A DNA stretch of 64,000 bases from Spirochaetia bacterium (GTDB lineage Bacteria > Spirochaetota > Spirochaetia > CADAEX01): assembly GCA_017649605.1 (NCBI GenBank), contig JAGCGL010000060.1, positions 15,459 through 79,458 of the forward strand, written 5' to 3'. The notes beneath the pieces were generated by a model, which saw nothing but the letters and a program-made list of their open reading frames with translations, did no database searches and was not told where the DNA came from. Shown piece after piece: positions 1 to 8,771 of the stretch; position 1 is the stretch's first letter; the number at the start of each line of letters is the position of its first letter. A program made the position numbers and the translations under genes.

Positions 1-125
1 TTGTCGTTGAATATTCCGCCCCAGGCCGCAGCCATCAGATCAGGTTTATCTTTTTTATCGTAGGTCCCCACCATCAGCACCGGCATAGGGTAGAGAATTG
101 TCTTTCTTCCAAGGTCGATCTTCAT
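1..125 (-). CDS. flavin reductase-like (FMN-binding split barrel) protein; only the N-terminal 41 codons are present, and the gene continues left of the window
   Basis: Minus-strand ATG at 125-123 is preceded by GGAGGAAACT. Hand translation [42 protein letters not shown] is open to the window edge and resembles flavin reductase family N-termini. Confidence 0.55.
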   Translation of the reverse strand, partial: MKIDLGRKTILYPMPVLMVGTYDKKDKPDLMAAAWGGIFND

Positions 126-196
126 AGTTTCCTCCGCAGACAGTATAGCACATTATCCCGTAGATGTGCCACTATTTAATTTGACAACTTAACAAC

Positions 197-225
197 TTGA
201 CATCTTGACAAGTTAGAGCTATAAT
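197..225 (+). promoter_or_regulatory. sigma70-type promoter of the antitoxin/toxin operon; implies a leaderless transcript
   Basis: TTGACA at 197-202, a 17-nt spacer, TATAAT at 220-225, then exactly 6 nt to ATG 232. No SD is present. Two more TTGACA copies lie at 181-186 and 205-210. Confidence 0.6.
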
Positions 226-231
226 ATAATC

Positions 232-498
232 ATGACACAGATGACAGTTGGAGAACTTAAAGCTCAGTTTTCAGAAGTATTGGAAAAGGTAAAGCGGGGC
301 GAGACCGTGCAGATTCTCTATGGCCGCAACAAGAAGCCGGTGGCACAGATTGTGAACATGGAAAAGCCCAAAAAGAAGCGCAGAATTCTTGGTACTTATG
401 CTCATTTAGGTCCTTTCACAGAGGTGGATGATGGTAAAATCACACTGGAGGAGTTCTTCGGGGTGAAATCTTTAGATGAGGTTAAACCGCTGCCATGA
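232..498 (+). CDS. type II antitoxin, Phd/YefM-like
   Basis: 88 aa. The N-terminus MTQMTVGELKAQFSEVLEKVKRGETVQI is typical of Phd/YefM. An ATGA overlap joins it to the downstream PIN gene. Confidence 0.75.
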   Translation: MTQMTVGELKAQFSEVLEKVKRGETVQILYGRNKKPVAQIVNMEKPKKKRRILGTYAHLGPFTEVDDGKITLEEFFGVKSLDEVKPLP

Positions 499-896
499 AA
501 TACTTGCTCGATACCCACGCATTCATCTGGAGTTTTATGGATACATCCAAGCTCTCGAGAAAAGCTTTTTCTGAGGCTTCCGACACAAACAACACAATAT
601 ATGTCAGCCCCATATCATTCTGGGAAATTGCCATAAAACACCAGCTTGGAAAGCTTGATTTAGGAAAAGTGAACATACTGCACCTACCCAATATTGCATC
701 AGAATATGACTTCTCAATTCTACCTCTTGATGTTTATGACTATGTTTCTGTGCACAATCTCCCACTCAAGGAAAACCATCGCGATCCATTTGACCGGATG
801 CTTATCCACACCGCTATCCGGAATAACCTTATCCTCTTGAGCGGCGATAAGATGTTCCAGCAGTACGAGAAGGACGGCCTCCAGCTGCTGTGGTGA
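495..896 (+). CDS. vapC: type II toxin, PIN-domain ribonuclease (VapC family)
   Basis: 133 aa. The N-terminus MKYLLDTHAFIW and acidic residues (DPFDRMLI) fit a PIN domain. It is translationally coupled to the antitoxin. Confidence 0.8.
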   Translation: MKYLLDTHAFIWSFMDTSKLSRKAFSEASDTNNTIYVSPISFWEIAIKHQLGKLDLGKVNILHLPNIASEYDFSILPLDVYDYVSVHNLPLKENHRDPFDRMLIHTAIRNNLILLSGDKMFQQYEKDGLQLLW

Positions 897-972
897 AGGA
901 GGAGAAATATGAAAGAGCAGATTATGGGAAACGTCAGATTGAGCGTTCAAGATATTTTTTTTCTTACTTATC

Positions 973-1001
973 CAATTGCGAACGCAGTGCGTTCGCAATT
1001 G
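973..1001. repeat. perfect 13-bp inverted repeat with a 3-nt loop
   Basis: CAATTGCGAACGC-AGT-GCGTTCGCAATTG read directly. It sits between vapC and the DUF1810 gene, and no T-tract follows it on the plus strand. Confidence 0.8.
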
Positions 1002-1038
1002 AACTGCCCAAAATAATTGGACGATTAAAGGATAAAGC

Positions 1039-1554
1039 ATGATAAACCGATTCAGAGATCCACAGAAAAACTACTTTGAGCAAGCCTGTAAAGAGCTTAG
1101 GAACGGCAGAAAGACTAGCCACTGGATATGGTATATTTTCCCACAGATAAAGGGCTTAGGGTACAGCTATAATTCCAACTACTATGGGCTTAAGGATATA
1201 GCAGAGGCTATGGAATACCTGGCAGACAGAGAGCTGCATGACCACCTGATACAGGCATGCCAGATACTGATTGATCTGAACGCCCCTGATATTGAGAAGG
1301 TCATGGGCTATATTGATGCCATAAAGCTTAAATCTTCCATGACCTTATTCTACCTTGCCAGCAAGGAGGATATCTTCAAGCAGGTGCTGGATATGTACTT
1401 CGGCGGGCAGATGTGCCAGAAGACTGTGGACATGGTGGGGAAAGATAATCGCAACCAGGAATACATATCAAAACTTGAACATTCTGTAGAAGAAACAAAA
1501 AAAGGATTTGCTGCCGAGAAAAGCCTAAAAGAACTTCGGGAAATGGAGAAATAA
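1039..1554 (+). CDS. DUF1810 family protein
   Basis: 171 aa. The motif RKTSHWIWYIFPQIKGLGYS matches the conserved DUF1810 core as I remember it. Confidence 0.75.
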   Translation: MINRFRDPQKNYFEQACKELRNGRKTSHWIWYIFPQIKGLGYSYNSNYYGLKDIAEAMEYLADRELHDHLIQACQILIDLNAPDIEKVMGYIDAIKLKSSMTLFYLASKEDIFKQVLDMYFGGQMCQKTVDMVGKDNRNQEYISKLEHSVEETKKGFAAEKSLKELREMEK

Positions 1555-1575
1555 AACAGAGATACTATATTTTTC

Positions 1576-1604
1576 TTGAAAAAGCACCATAACAGTTATA
1601 GAAT
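1576..1604 (+). promoter_or_regulatory. promoter of the MazG/DUF2075 operon; implies a leaderless transcript
   Basis: TTGAAA at 1576-1581, 17 nt, TAGAAT at 1599-1604, 6 nt, then ATG 1611. No SD is present. Confidence 0.55.
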
Positions 1605-1610
1605 ATTCGT

Positions 1611-1952
1611 ATGAGTGATTCTATTAAAGCAATTCAAGAAAAAATCATTAAATTCAGAGATGCCCGGAATTGGAAACAATTTCACAACCCTAAAGACCTC
1701 GCAATATCTATATCCATTGAAGCCGCTGAACTGTTAGAAGTTTTTCAATGGTCCGGAAGCGATGTCACTGCTGATAACAAATTAGACAAAATAAAAGAAG
1801 AACTCGCAGATGTCTTGATTTACAGCACATTGATGGCAACCGACCTTGGGCTTGATATAGACGAAATCATAACAAAGAAAATTGACGCCAATGATAAAAA
1901 ATATCCTGTAGACAAAGCGAAGAACAAAAGTACAAAATACACTCAATTATAG
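1611..1952 (+). CDS. MazG-like nucleoside triphosphate pyrophosphohydrolase (small single-domain type)
   Basis: 113 aa. Motifs EAAELLEVFQW and EELADVLIY are the paired acidic helices of the MazG fold. Confidence 0.75.
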   Translation: MSDSIKAIQEKIIKFRDARNWKQFHNPKDLAISISIEAAELLEVFQWSGSDVTADNKLDKIKEELADVLIYSTLMATDLGLDIDEIITKKIDANDKKYPVDKAKNKSTKYTQL

Positions 1953-1960
1953 GTTAGCAA

Positions 1961-3907
1961 ATGTTAGTATACGAAGGTATTAAATCAAGCTTTATTAATG
2001 ATGTAGATGATGGGATTATTGCTGATAAAATATTAACTCGATTTAAAGAATCTTTCCACAGAAGTACTGGTGAATCAGAAATTAATTCTTGGCGAGAATC
2101 CATGCTGAGAATGAGAGTAATATTAGCTGATACTGGGATTCCAGAAAATTCTGGAGTTGCTGTTGAATTCAACATTCCTCATACTTCAAATAGAATCGAC
2201 TTTCTTTTATCTGGATATGATAATAATAAAAATAATTCAATTATTATAATAGAATTAAAACAGTGGGCTCATGCTAATGCGGTAGAAGGAAAAGATGGCA
2301 TTGTCTCCACAATTATAGGAAAATCATTAAGAGAAGTAACGCACCCATCATATCAAGCATGGAGTTATGCAAGTTTAATAAACAATTATAATCAAGAAGT
2401 CTATGATAGGAATGTAGGATTACATCCATGTGCTTTTTTACATAATTATAATTTGACTGATGATGACCCTATTAATGGAGAACAATATAAAGATTATATA
2501 AATGCAGCACCTATGTTTGGGGCAAAAGATTTTGAAAAATTAAGAGCATTTATAAAAAGATTTGTTACCAAAGGCGATGAAAAAAAAGGATTATATATCA
2601 TAGAGAAAGGTAAAATTAAACCTTCAAAAATGCTGCAAGAGTCATTTTCATCAGTATTAAAAGGCAAAAAAGAATTTGTTTTAATTGATGATCAGAAAGT
2701 TATTTTTGAAGAAGCTTTAAAGATAGGAACTGCATCTTGTTATCATAAAAATAAAAGTGTATTAGTCGTAGAAGGCGGGCCTGGCACGGGTAAATCCGTA
2801 TTAGCAATCAATTTATTAAAACAATTCCTAAATAAAAGCTTAAACAGCTTCTATGTAACCAAAAACAGTGCACCAAAAGCTGTTTTTAAAGCAAAACTAA
2901 AAATAGATAAAATGAGTGGATTGAACAATCTATTCAAAGGATCAGGTTGTTTTTATGATTCCAAATCTAATTCCTTTGATGTTTTAATTGTTGATGAAGC
3001 ACATCGATTAAATGCAAAATCAGGGATTTTTCACAATATAGGGGAAAATCAAATTAAAGAAATAATCAATTCGTCTTTTTTTTCAATCTTCTTTGTTGAT
3101 GAAAACCAACGAGTAACGTTAAAAGATATTGGTTCTCTTAAGGAAATAGAAGATTTTGCTAATTTCTATAAAGCTACAATTTATAAAACAAAATTAAAAA
3201 GTCAGTTCAGATGCAATGGTTCAGATGGTTATTTAGCGTGGCTTGATAATATACTCGAAATAAGAGAAACAGCAAATTATGATTTAGATGGCAAATATGA
3301 TTTTAAAGTATTTGATAGTCCTAATGAATTAAGGGAAGAAATAATTAAGAAGAATATTGCCAGCAATAAATCAAGATTAGTGGCTGGCTATTGTTGGAAT
3401 TGGATAACTGATGGGAAAAATGATACAAATGTTCATGATATTACTATTCCTGAGTACAATTTCGAAATAAGTTGGAATCTTGGCAATTCTACGACTTGGG
3501 CAATTGATCCTCTATCTGTAAATGAGGCCGGATGTATTCACACATGCCAAGGGCTAGAATTTGATTATGTTGGAGTTATTATAGGTCAAGACTTACAATA
3601 TAAAAATGGGCATATAGTAACAGATTATACAAAAAGAGCAAAAACCGACAAATCACTAGATGGAATTAAAAAGATTGCCAAAGAAAAAGGAAAAGAAACA
3701 GCATATAAAATTGCTGATACTATTATAAAAAACACCTACAGAACATTAATGACTCGCGGTATGAAAGGATGTTATGTTTATATTTGCGATGAAGGTTTAA
3801 GGGAATATATAAAAGAAGCTGTTAGAAAAATGGAGCCTTTTGAATATCCCAAAACTACTGCTACATATGCAGCTGTAGCAGAAAACAGTCCTAAATATTT
3901 AGAGTAA
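1961..3907 (+). CDS. DUF2075-type ATP-binding protein: N-terminal PD-(D/E)XK-like nuclease motif plus SF1 helicase-like ATPase
   Basis: 648 aa. Motifs seen are RIDFLL...IIIELKQW (D...ExK), Walker A GGPGTGKS, Walker B LIVDEAHRL, FFVDENQRV, and the C-terminal CQGLEFDYVGVIIG. The gene starts 8 nt after the MazG stop and is visibly AT-rich. Confidence 0.75.
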   Translation: MLVYEGIKSSFINDVDDGIIADKILTRFKESFHRSTGESEINSWRESMLRMRVILADTGIPENSGVAVEFNIPHTSNRIDFLLSGYDNNKNNSIIIIELKQWAHANAVEGKDGIVSTIIGKSLREVTHPSYQAWSYASLINNYNQEVYDRNVGLHPCAFLHNYNLTDDDPINGEQYKDYINAAPMFGAKDFEKLRAFIKRFVTKGDEKKGLYIIEKGKIKPSKMLQESFSSVLKGKKEFVLIDDQKVIFEEALKIGTASCYHKNKSVLVVEGGPGTGKSVLAINLLKQFLNKSLNSFYVTKNSAPKAVFKAKLKIDKMSGLNNLFKGSGCFYDSKSNSFDVLIVDEAHRLNAKSGIFHNIGENQIKEIINSSFFSIFFVDENQRVTLKDIGSLKEIEDFANFYKATIYKTKLKSQFRCNGSDGYLAWLDNILEIRETANYDLDGKYDFKVFDSPNELREEIIKKNIASNKSRLVAGYCWNWITDGKNDTNVHDITIPEYNFEISWNLGNSTTWAIDPLSVNEAGCIHTCQGLEFDYVGVIIGQDLQYKNGHIVTDYTKRAKTDKSLDGIKKIAKEKGKETAYKIADTIIKNTYRTLMTRGMKGCYVYICDEGLREYIKEAVRKMEPFEYPKTTATYAAVAENSPKYLE

Positions 3908-3914
3908 AACCACT

Positions 3915-4008
3915 ACAAAATGTCCACCTGTCAACATTTTGTATATGTAAAAATGTCCATGTATCAACATTTTGTGGTATACAAAATGTCCGCCAATCAA
4001 CATTTTGT
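3915..4008. repeat. three tandem 28-bp palindromic sites with a 33-bp period
   Basis: ACAAAATGTCCACCTGTCAACATTTTGT (3915-3942), TAAAAATGTCCATGTATCAACATTTTGT (3948-3975) and ACAAAATGTCCGCCAATCAACATTTTGT (3981-4008). The outer arms AAAATGT/ACATTTT are inverted. Confidence 0.85.
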
Positions 4009-4023
4009 AATATTTTTTCACCC

Positions 4024-4052
4024 TTGATTATTTGCCTAAGCCTGTTGATAAT
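4024..4052 (+). promoter_or_regulatory. promoter of the DUF1848 gene; implies a leaderless transcript
   Basis: TTGATT at 4024-4029, 17 nt, GATAAT at 4047-4052, 6 nt, then ATG 4059. No SD is present. Confidence 0.5.
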
Positions 4053-4058
4053 TGAACT

Positions 4059-4988
4059 ATGATCATCAATACTGGCCAGCGTACCGATATCCCAGCCTTC
4101 TACTCACAATGGTTTGCAAACCGTCTTAAGGCCGGGTTTGTGCTGGTACGTAATCCATACAATCCCAAGAGTGTGATCCGCTATCGGCTTGCTCCTGATG
4201 TCGTTGACCTAATCGGGTTCTGCACCAAGAACCCGGCCCCGATGCTGCCCTATATGCCGCTTCTTGAGCCTTTCAGCCAGTACTGGTATGTCACTATCAC
4301 ACCGTATGGCAAGGATATCGAGCCTAACGTTCCAGACAAGCTTGTGTTGCTAAAGAGCTTTAAGCAGCTGTCCAAGACTGTGGGTGCTGACAGGATGGGA
4401 TGGCGCTACGACCCTATATTTATCAGTTCTGAATGGCCTATAGAACGGCATATTAAGGCCTTTGAATATATGACACGGACTCTGGAAGGTTATACCCATA
4501 CTGCAGTCATCAGCTTTATAGATCTGTACGAGAAGACCAAAAAGAAATTCCCTTCTGTGCAGAGCGTGCCTCGCGAAGAACGCTTGCGCCTAGGCAAAGC
4601 TTTTGTAGAGATTGCCGCAAAATACGGTATGACAGTGCGTCCTTGTGCTGAGGGAACAGAGCTTGCCCAGTTCGGTGCGGACTGCAGAGGCTGCATGACT
4701 GTATCAATGTACGAGAAAGCTCTTGGCCGCCCCCTTGCGGTTCCCCGTTTTGCACCGGCCAGAAAGGAGTGCGCCTGCTACCTAGGCTGCGATATCGGAG
4801 CATACAATACATGTGGCCATCTGTGTAAGTACTGTTATGCCAATTATGATGCTGCCACAGTACGGCACAACATGAAGCTGCACGACCCAGAGTCGCCGCT
4901 TTTAATCGGTCATCTGCTGCCGGATGATGAGGTGCATGATGCTGTTCAGGAAAGCTGGATAGATCCTAATCCAGTGCTGGGGCTGTAG
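4059..4988 (+). CDS. DUF1848 domain protein
   Basis: 309 aa. The N-terminus MIINTGQRTDIPAFYSQWFANRLKAGFVLVRNPYNP and a C-terminal Cys cluster (CACYLGCD...CGHLCKYCYA) fit DUF1848. Confidence 0.7.
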   Translation: MIINTGQRTDIPAFYSQWFANRLKAGFVLVRNPYNPKSVIRYRLAPDVVDLIGFCTKNPAPMLPYMPLLEPFSQYWYVTITPYGKDIEPNVPDKLVLLKSFKQLSKTVGADRMGWRYDPIFISSEWPIERHIKAFEYMTRTLEGYTHTAVISFIDLYEKTKKKFPSVQSVPREERLRLGKAFVEIAAKYGMTVRPCAEGTELAQFGADCRGCMTVSMYEKALGRPLAVPRFAPARKECACYLGCDIGAYNTCGHLCKYCYANYDAATVRHNMKLHDPESPLLIGHLLPDDEVHDAVQESWIDPNPVLGL

Positions 4989-5588
4989 TTATCCCCTTCT
5001 CCAGATTTTTCCATCCCGCTTGAAGCCAATGTGCTTAAGGTATGAGCGGTGCCAGAAGGAGCAGTCTGCTACTGTTAGCTTGGTCAGTCCCCTTTCCGCA
5101 AGATAGCGGTACAGGTGCTTTCCTGCAGAGCAGTCGCGGTATGTCGGGGTCGCATAGTCCACTGCCACGTTGATCTCCCCTTCCTCGCCATCGTTTCCTA
5201 TAAGGATTCCTGCGGCATCGGTCTTGCAGCAGATCATATACATCTTGGAATATGCGGCATTCTTGTCAAAGTTGGGGAAGAACCTGCGGATATTCTTTTC
5301 AAAGCGGTTCAGGAAGTACTGGTAGAAAGCCTCGTCAGCAGAGACGGGAATTACGGAGTAATCCTTCTGCACCTTGAGAAGCCTGTAAAGGTTGTAGATG
5401 TTGATGATCACCAGGGAGAAGTTCATCAGCGCAGTCGGATATGACTTGATGATGAGCGCATAAATAGTGAATATAAAGCTTCCGGTCAGGTTGATGAACC
5501 TCAACTTTATCACCGAGGTCATGAGCATTGATACTACAACTAAAAGTGATCCTATATAACCTACAAGTTCAACAATATTGATATTCAT
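4989..5588 (-). CDS. YgjV-like membrane protein with a soluble C-terminal domain
   Basis: 199 aa. The N-terminal 75 aa hold three hydrophobic helices. An SD (AGGAAG) lies upstream. The stop abuts the DUF1848 stop, so the two genes converge. Confidence 0.5.
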   Translation of the reverse strand: MNINIVELVGYIGSLLVVVSMLMTSVIKLRFINLTGSFIFTIYALIIKSYPTALMNFSLVIINIYNLYRLLKVQKDYSVIPVSADEAFYQYFLNRFEKNIRRFFPNFDKNAAYSKMYMICCKTDAAGILIGNDGEEGEINVAVDYATPTYRDCSAGKHLYRYLAERGLTKLTVADCSFWHRSYLKHIGFKRDGKIWRRG

Positions 5589-5668
5589 AATACTTCCTAT
5601 TCTTCAGAATAATAAAAAAACTTTATTATTACTAAAAATCTTTATATAATAGTTTTAGAGGAAAATCA

Positions 5669-6259
5669 ATGAAAAAGCAAATAGAAATAATAACACCATG
5701 TAAAGAGGAGGTTCAAAGGTATTTAGATAAATGGGATAATCTTGGAAATTATGTAATTCAAGAAGAGGCTCTGGATAAATTATATAGAGAAACTTATCCT
5801 AAGAATAATGAGATTCATGAAATAATCATTAAAGCTTCTGCGTTAAACGATTTTTATTCAACCAATATATTCTCCATTTATCCTGTAGCAAAACATATTT
5901 TAGACTTGAATATCGATGAATCATTAAAAGAATCAGATCCAAATCTTGTAAATGAAATAGCACATGTAAAAATAAAAGATAAGGACAAAAATTTTTATTC
6001 TTTTGCCACAAAATATTGTAGCCGTCACAAGCCAAAAGATTATCCTATTTATGATTACTTTGTTGATAAACTTTTACGCTATTTCAAAGACAGAGACCAC
6101 TTTACAACTTTTAAAAATGAGGATCTAAAAGACTATTGCAAGTACAAAGAAATTCTTATTACATTCAGACTGTTCTATAATTTAACAGAGTTTGATTTAA
6201 AACAAATAGATAAATATTTATGGCAGTTAGGTAAAGAAAAATTTCCGAGAAAATATTAA
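5669..6259 (+). CDS. hypothetical protein (AT-rich orphan)
   Basis: 196-aa ORF with SD AGAGGAAAA and an upstream TATAAT. I recognise no family, and G+C is very low. Confidence 0.55.
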   Translation: MKKQIEIITPCKEEVQRYLDKWDNLGNYVIQEEALDKLYRETYPKNNEIHEIIIKASALNDFYSTNIFSIYPVAKHILDLNIDESLKESDPNLVNEIAHVKIKDKDKNFYSFATKYCSRHKPKDYPIYDYFVDKLLRYFKDRDHFTTFKNEDLKDYCKYKEILITFRLFYNLTEFDLKQIDKYLWQLGKEKFPRKY

Positions 6260-6260
6260 A

Positions 6261-6422
6261 TCATCCCTGTTTTTCCACAAACTCAAAGTCCTCGGGATGC
6301 CTGATATCCGGCTCTATAGTTCTATCTCTTTCAGAAATTCGATCAATCTCTTCATTTGTAAAAAGAGAGCTATATTTTTTCTGCCATTCAGCAAGGTCTT
6401 TTTTAAAATCATCTTTTTTCAT
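6261..6422 (-). CDS. hypothetical small protein (53 aa)
   Basis: Not in the ORF track. SD AGGAGGG lies 6 nt before the ATG at 6422-6420. Hand translation MKKDDFKKDLAEWQKKYSSLFTNEEIDRISERDRTIEPDIRHPEDFEFVEKQG. It starts 36 nt downstream of the HIRAN gene on the same strand. Confidence 0.35.
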   Translation of the reverse strand: MKKDDFKKDLAEWQKKYSSLFTNEEIDRISERDRTIEPDIRHPEDFEFVEKQG

Positions 6423-6458
6423 ATAGCCCTCCTATTTTTAAAAATACTATCTTATTTT

Positions 6459-7382
6459 TTAAATCATAACAACATAGCTGTTGTCGGCTATCCGCACAAG
6501 GCAGCCGCCCCAGCTCATCCGCTTAGGCTGTGCATCCCTCAGGAGCTTTGCACCGATTGCCCTGACATAGCCAGCTTTCTTCATGCCGCAGTTACCCGCA
6601 AACTTTGAGCAAGTGTCCTCGATAAAGACTGCAATGGCGTTTTTATCAGCATTGTTATAGGGCTCTGCCTGGACAGAACACTCAAGGCCTGCGTAGAAAT
6701 CATGAGTTGCCTTGCGGATTGCCTCCAGCTGGCTGGAGAGATCCTCTGCCTTGATATTATTGGCCAGGTTTCCTAGATATGGTGTGCATGGATCCCAATT
6801 GTAATGCTGTGTTCCAACAATCTGAACAGTGATGTTCTCCTTCCGGTCTGCAAGGTATCTTACAAGGGCCTGCTCCAGGGACTCCTTGGCCGGGTCGAAG
6901 GAAAGCTGTTTCTTTGCCGCATCGTATACAAGGGGAATTGCATCCGGAGCAATATTGTTGATCCTGCCGTAGCATATGGAGAAAAGAATCCCGGCAGCCG
7001 CTTTTCCGAGGATATACTTTGTAAGCTGGCTTTGTCTGTTGAACACATCCCTGCGCCGCAGGTAAAGCTCGCCGGCCAAAAGGGTATCGCCAGATTCCAC
7101 TGCATCAAGAAGAGGACCTACATGTGTAAGGAAAGAGATGACATCGGGGTTTGAGATATCTGCATCTTTAAAGTATACAGCACACTTGTGGTTGAGTTTA
7201 TCATCAAGGTAAGTGTAGTAGCATGGTGTGAAGTAAGGGCTTGATACAATACGCTCGTAGTCAGATAAATCAGGATGCTTAAGGAATTCCTGCTTGCCCT
7301 GGTAGTCCAACTGTCCAGTTTCGCTCATAGAGAAGCCGTAGTAGTTCTTGCCGGCTTCGATTAAAATCTGTGTCTTGTTCAT
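6459..7382 (-). CDS. HIRAN-domain protein with an unknown N-terminal domain
   Basis: The C-terminus VQIVGTQHYN...VQAEPYNNADKNAIAVFIED...AGYVRAIGAKLL is HIRAN-like. The start was moved to MNKTQ (ATG 7382), which has GGAGG 7 nt upstream; the track start at 7439 lacks an SD. Confidence 0.65.
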   Translation of the reverse strand: MNKTQILIEAGKNYYGFSMSETGQLDYQGKQEFLKHPDLSDYERIVSSPYFTPCYYTYLDDKLNHKCAVYFKDADISNPDVISFLTHVGPLLDAVESGDTLLAGELYLRRRDVFNRQSQLTKYILGKAAAGILFSICYGRINNIAPDAIPLVYDAAKKQLSFDPAKESLEQALVRYLADRKENITVQIVGTQHYNWDPCTPYLGNLANNIKAEDLSSQLEAIRKATHDFYAGLECSVQAEPYNNADKNAIAVFIEDTCSKFAGNCGMKKAGYVRAIGAKLLRDAQPKRMSWGGCLVRIADNSYVVMI

Positions 7383-7553
7383 AAAAACCTCCGTTTTACA
7401 ACCCCAATATAAAACGGTAGGTGTGTCATACAATGACACAGTAAAAAATTTTTTTATTTTTTTCTATTTTTCTTCATATTAGCTGAAATTTTCCTTTGAC
7501 AAATTAGAAATTCTTACTTTATTATAAATTATATTTATTACAGGGGAAAAGAA

Positions 7554-8771
7554 ATGAAAGAAAAATGCAAGTTATCATTAGCTTCTCAGATCTTTATTGC
7601 ACTTATCCTGGCTGTCATAGTGGGATTGTGCATGCAGAAGGTGCCTGACATTGCGTCAGAGTACATCAAACCATTCGGAACTATCTTCCTTAATATGGTC
7701 AAATTCATTGTAGGTCCTATTGTGCTTTTCTCCATCATGGCCGGTATTGTCTCAATGAAAGATATCAAGAAGGTTGGAGCCATCGGCGGAATGACTGTTG
7801 TATACTATCTCTGCACCACAGCTGTTGCAGTAACCATCGGTCTTGTTGCTGCAAACCTGGCAAAAGGTATCTTCCCTGTCCTGGCTACATCAAGCCTTTC
7901 CTACGAAGCACCTAAGGGAAAAGCTCCTCTTGAGGTAATAGTGAACATCTTCCCTTCCAACTTTGTAAATCCTATTTCCTCCGCCAATATGCTTCAGATC
8001 ATCGTTATGGCTATTCTGGTAGGCTTTGCCATCATCCTTATAGGCGAAAAAGTGAGAGCTGCAGCTGAGACCATCAACCGGTGGAACGATATTTTCATGA
8101 AGGTCATGGAGATGATCCTGGCCCTTTCTCCTATCGGTGTTTTCTGTCTGCTCACTCCTGTAATCGCTATCAACGGAACTATGATAATCGGCTCACTGGC
8201 CAAGATTCTTCTTGTGGCATATATCTGCTATGTGCTCCACATGCTTATAGTCTACTCGGCTGCCCTGGCTGTGAACAAATGCTCACCCAGGAAATTCTTC
8301 AAGGAGATGCTCCCTGCAATCGTCTTTGCATTCTCAAGCGCATCCTCTGTCGGCACCCTGCCTCTTAACATGAAATGCTCACAGAATGCCGGAGCTTCCA
8401 ACGAAGTTTCATCCTTCGTCCTTCCACTGGGTGCAACAATCAACATGGACGGAACTGCAATCTATCAGGGTGTCTGCACAATCTTCATCGCAGCCTGCTA
8501 CGGCATTGACCTGACATTTGCTCAGATGGTGACTATAGTCCTTACTGCAACCCTGGCATCTATCGGAACAGCCGGAGTACCCGGTGCCGGTATGGTCATG
8601 CTGGCAATGGTTCTCACCTCTGTAGGACTTCCTATCGACGGTATTGCACTTGTTGCAGGTGTTGACCGTATCTTTGATATGGGAAGAACAGCTGTCAACA
8701 TCACCGGTGATGCATCCTGTGCAGTTATTGTTACAAAGCGGCTTGCAGGAAAGAATAAGAAGTCTGCCTGA
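7554..8771 (+). CDS. dicarboxylate/amino acid:cation symporter (DAACS family)
   Basis: 405 aa, polytopic. Motifs SSASSVGTLP and GATINMDGTA are typical of GltP/SstT-type carriers. Confidence 0.85.
   Translation: MKEKCKLSLASQIFIALILAVIVGLCMQKVPDIASEYIKPFGTIFLNMVKFIVGPIVLFSIMAGIVSMKDIKKVGAIGGMTVVYYLCTTAVAVTIGLVAANLAKGIFPVLATSSLSYEAPKGKAPLEVIVNIFPSNFVNPISSANMLQIIVMAILVGFAIILIGEKVRAAAETINRWNDIFMKVMEMILALSPIGVFCLLTPVIAINGTMIIGSLAKILLVAYICYVLHMLIVYSAALAVNKCSPRKFFKEMLPAIVFAFSSASSVGTLPLNMKCSQNAGASNEVSSFVLPLGATINMDGTAIYQGVCTIFIAACYGIDLTFAQMVTIVLTATLASIGTAGVPGAGMVMLAMVLTSVGLPIDGIALVAGVDRIFDMGRTAVNITGDASCAVIVTKRLAGKNKKSA

Noticed and set aside
6297-6608. The 103-aa plus-strand ORF spanning the mini-ORF and the HIRAN gene end.
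   Set aside because: It overlaps two better-supported minus-strand ORFs, and its translation is low-complexity and hydrophobic (FFLPFSKVFFKIIFFHIALLFL).
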